A stretch of DNA of 32,000 bases. It comes from Cereibacter sphaeroides 2.4.1. GTDB taxonomy: Bacteria; Pseudomonadota; Alphaproteobacteria; Rhodobacterales; Rhodobacteraceae. The notes under the pieces are model-generated. The model had not been told where the DNA came from and did no database searches. It was given only the letters and a program-made list of their open reading frames with translations. Below, one piece after another: positions 30,721 to 32,000 of the stretch. The stretch spans positions 30,001-62,000 of the forward strand of contig NC_009007.1 of assembly GCF_000012905.2 (NCBI RefSeq). The letters are read 5' to 3'. The first letter of the stretch is position 1. Every line of letters begins with the position of its first letter. The translations under genes were made by a program, and so were the position numbers.

Positions 30721-31663
30721 TGCGCACCCGCGGGTCGAACCAGCCATAGGCCAGATCCACCAGAATATTGACGAAGACGAAGAGCGAAGCGGTGATGAGC
30801 AGCCCGCCCTGAATGATCGGGAAATCGCGGCGCTGGATTGCGCCGATGATCAGACGGCCCACCCCCGGGAGAGAGAAGACGGACTCGATCACCACCGCGC
30901 CACCGAGCAGCACCCCGGTCATCACGCCGATCACGGTGATGACCGGCACCAGCGCATTGCGCAGCGCATGTTTGAAGACCACCGTATGGCGCCGCATGCC
31001 CTTGGCACGGGCGGTGCGGATATAGTCCTGCCCCATCACCTCGAGCATCGAGGAGCGCGTCATCCGGGCGATCACCCCCATCTGGGTGAAGGCCAGCGCC
31101 AGGGACGGCAGCGCCATCGAGCGCGCCCAGCCGAGCGCATCCTCGGAGAAAGGCACATAGCCGCCGGTCGGGAACCAGGCGAGCCCCACCGAAAAGACCG
31201 AAATCATGATCAGCCCGAGCCAGAAATCCGGCACCGAAAGGCCGATCAGCGCCACCGACATCGTGCCCTGATCGACCCAGCTGTCATGCCGGATCGCCGC
31301 CAGCACACCCAGCAGCACGCCGAGGACCACCGCCAGCACCAGCGCCAGCCCGGCCAGCGACAGCGTGACGGGCAGCCGTTCCAGCACCGCATCGGTGACC
31401 GACATGTTCAGCAGATAGGAATGCCCCAGATCGCCCTGCAGCAGGTTGCCGTACCAGCGCAGCGCCTGCTGATACAGCGGCTGGTTCAATCCCAGCTGGT
31501 CGCGGATCACGGCGCGCTGCTCGGCGGTGGCCTCGGCCCCTGCAAGCTCGGCCGTCACATCGCCCGGCACGATGGCGATGATGGCAAAGGTCACCAGCGA
31601 TACCACGAAAAGCACCGGAACCGCGCTGACCATCCGTCGGATCAGAAACCTCAGCACTGTCAT
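30710..31663 (-). CDS. Peptide/opine-type ABC transporter permease (DppB/OppB-like)
   Basis: Track ORF of 317 aa. ATG preceded by AGGAGA. MTVLRFLIRRMVSAVPVLFVVSLVTFAIIAIVPGD is the canonical DppB/OppB N-terminus. EAA loop DYIRTARAKGMRRHTVVFKHALRNAL. Confidence 0.9.
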   Translation of the reverse strand: MTVLRFLIRRMVSAVPVLFVVSLVTFAIIAIVPGDVTAELAGAEATAEQRAVIRDQLGLNQPLYQQALRWYGNLLQGDLGHSYLLNMSVTDAVLERLPVTLSLAGLALVLAVVLGVLLGVLAAIRHDSWVDQGTMSVALIGLSVPDFWLGLIMISVFSVGLAWFPTGGYVPFSEDALGWARSMALPSLALAFTQMGVIARMTRSSMLEVMGQDYIRTARAKGMRRHTVVFKHALRNALVPVITVIGVMTGVLLGGAVVIESVFSLPGVGRLIIGAIQRRDFPIIQGGLLITASLFVFVNILVDLAYGWFDPRVRNDR

Positions 31664-31743
31664 TCTCCTGTCCTGACGGGCGGTGGGTCGCCCGCGCCAT
31701 TGGCTGTGCCCGGGCGCGCATCGGCCGCGCCCGGGCCGGTCAC

Positions 31744-32000
31744 TCAGTCGGCGAACCAGACGTTGTAGACGCGCGGGAAGCGGAAGGGACGGAAGCCTTC
31801 GACCTTGGCGCTCGATGCCTGCATCAGCCCGGTCTCCCCCAGTTTTATGACCGGGGCAAAGGTGTCCAGGCGCTGCTGGATGCGGGCGAAGACCGCCTTG
31901 CGCGCAGTCAGATCGGCCGTGTCGACCAGTTCGGCATAGAGCGCATCCAGTTCCGGGTCGGCCTTTCGGAAATGGGTGGCCGGTCCGGCGAAGGTGGAGA
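31744..32000 (-). CDS. ABC transporter substrate-binding protein, family 5 (DppA/OppA-like), C-terminal fragment; 5' end is beyond the window
   Basis: Absent from the ORF track because the start lies outside the window. My reverse-strand translation is open from 32000 down to the stop codon (complement of 31744-31746): ...ADPELDALYAELVDTADLTARKAVFARIQQRLDTFAPVIKLGETGLMQASSAKVEGFRPFRFPRVYNVWFAD*. This is the typical C-terminal region of family-5 binding proteins, and the gene is positioned directly upstream of the two permease genes. Confidence 0.75.
   Translation of the reverse strand, partial: STFAGPATHFRKADPELDALYAELVDTADLTARKAVFARIQQRLDTFAPVIKLGETGLMQASSAKVEGFRPFRFPRVYNVWFAD

Overview
High-GC chromosomal window, probably from an alphaproteobacterium (Rhodobacterales-like, judged from gene content such as FlaF/FlbT, ModD/ModE/Mop and ExoD). 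It holds about 40 genes and I saw no obvious mobile elements, rRNA, tRNA or CRISPR.

Gene content, left to right:
- Partial Lrp/AsnC regulator.
- Sulfate ABC importer operon cysP-cysT-cysW-cysA (minus strand).
- Divergent ArgP-like LysR regulator and ArgO/LysE exporter.
- PaiB-like protein, an Rrf2 regulator, an 83-aa orphan ORF, an AhpD/CMD-like CxxC protein and ExoD.
- A minus-strand molybdate block, modE-modD / mop / modA-modB-modC, with two recognisable Mo-box operators.
- A GntR(FadR)-type regulator divergent from a TauE/SafE permease.
- A GH16/ConA-like protein with a coiled-coil N-terminus, divergent from a flagellin-flaF-flbT-DUF1217 unit.
- From about 20.7 kb to the window end, an island of about 11 kb. 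It combines a split peptide-type (Dpp/Opp-like) ABC importer with an M81 MlrC-like peptidase, an AstE/AspA-type zinc deacylase, two paralogous enolase-superfamily enzymes, two SDRs and a frameshifted, truncated FAH-family pseudogene.

Most interesting signals:
1. The island itself. It has an unassigned substrate, a conserved operator-like element of about 30 nt present twice, and signs of rearrangement.
2. The long structured GC-rich leader in front of mop. It contains a terminator-like hairpin and a sigma54-like element, and is a possible Moco-type riboswitch.
3. AT-rich perfect palindromes that stand out in otherwise GC-rich intergenic DNA.

Many long ORFs in the six-frame track are antisense or out-of-frame artefacts of the high GC content and were rejected. 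The track also translates alternative start codons (GTG/TTG) as M, so I re-picked several starts.
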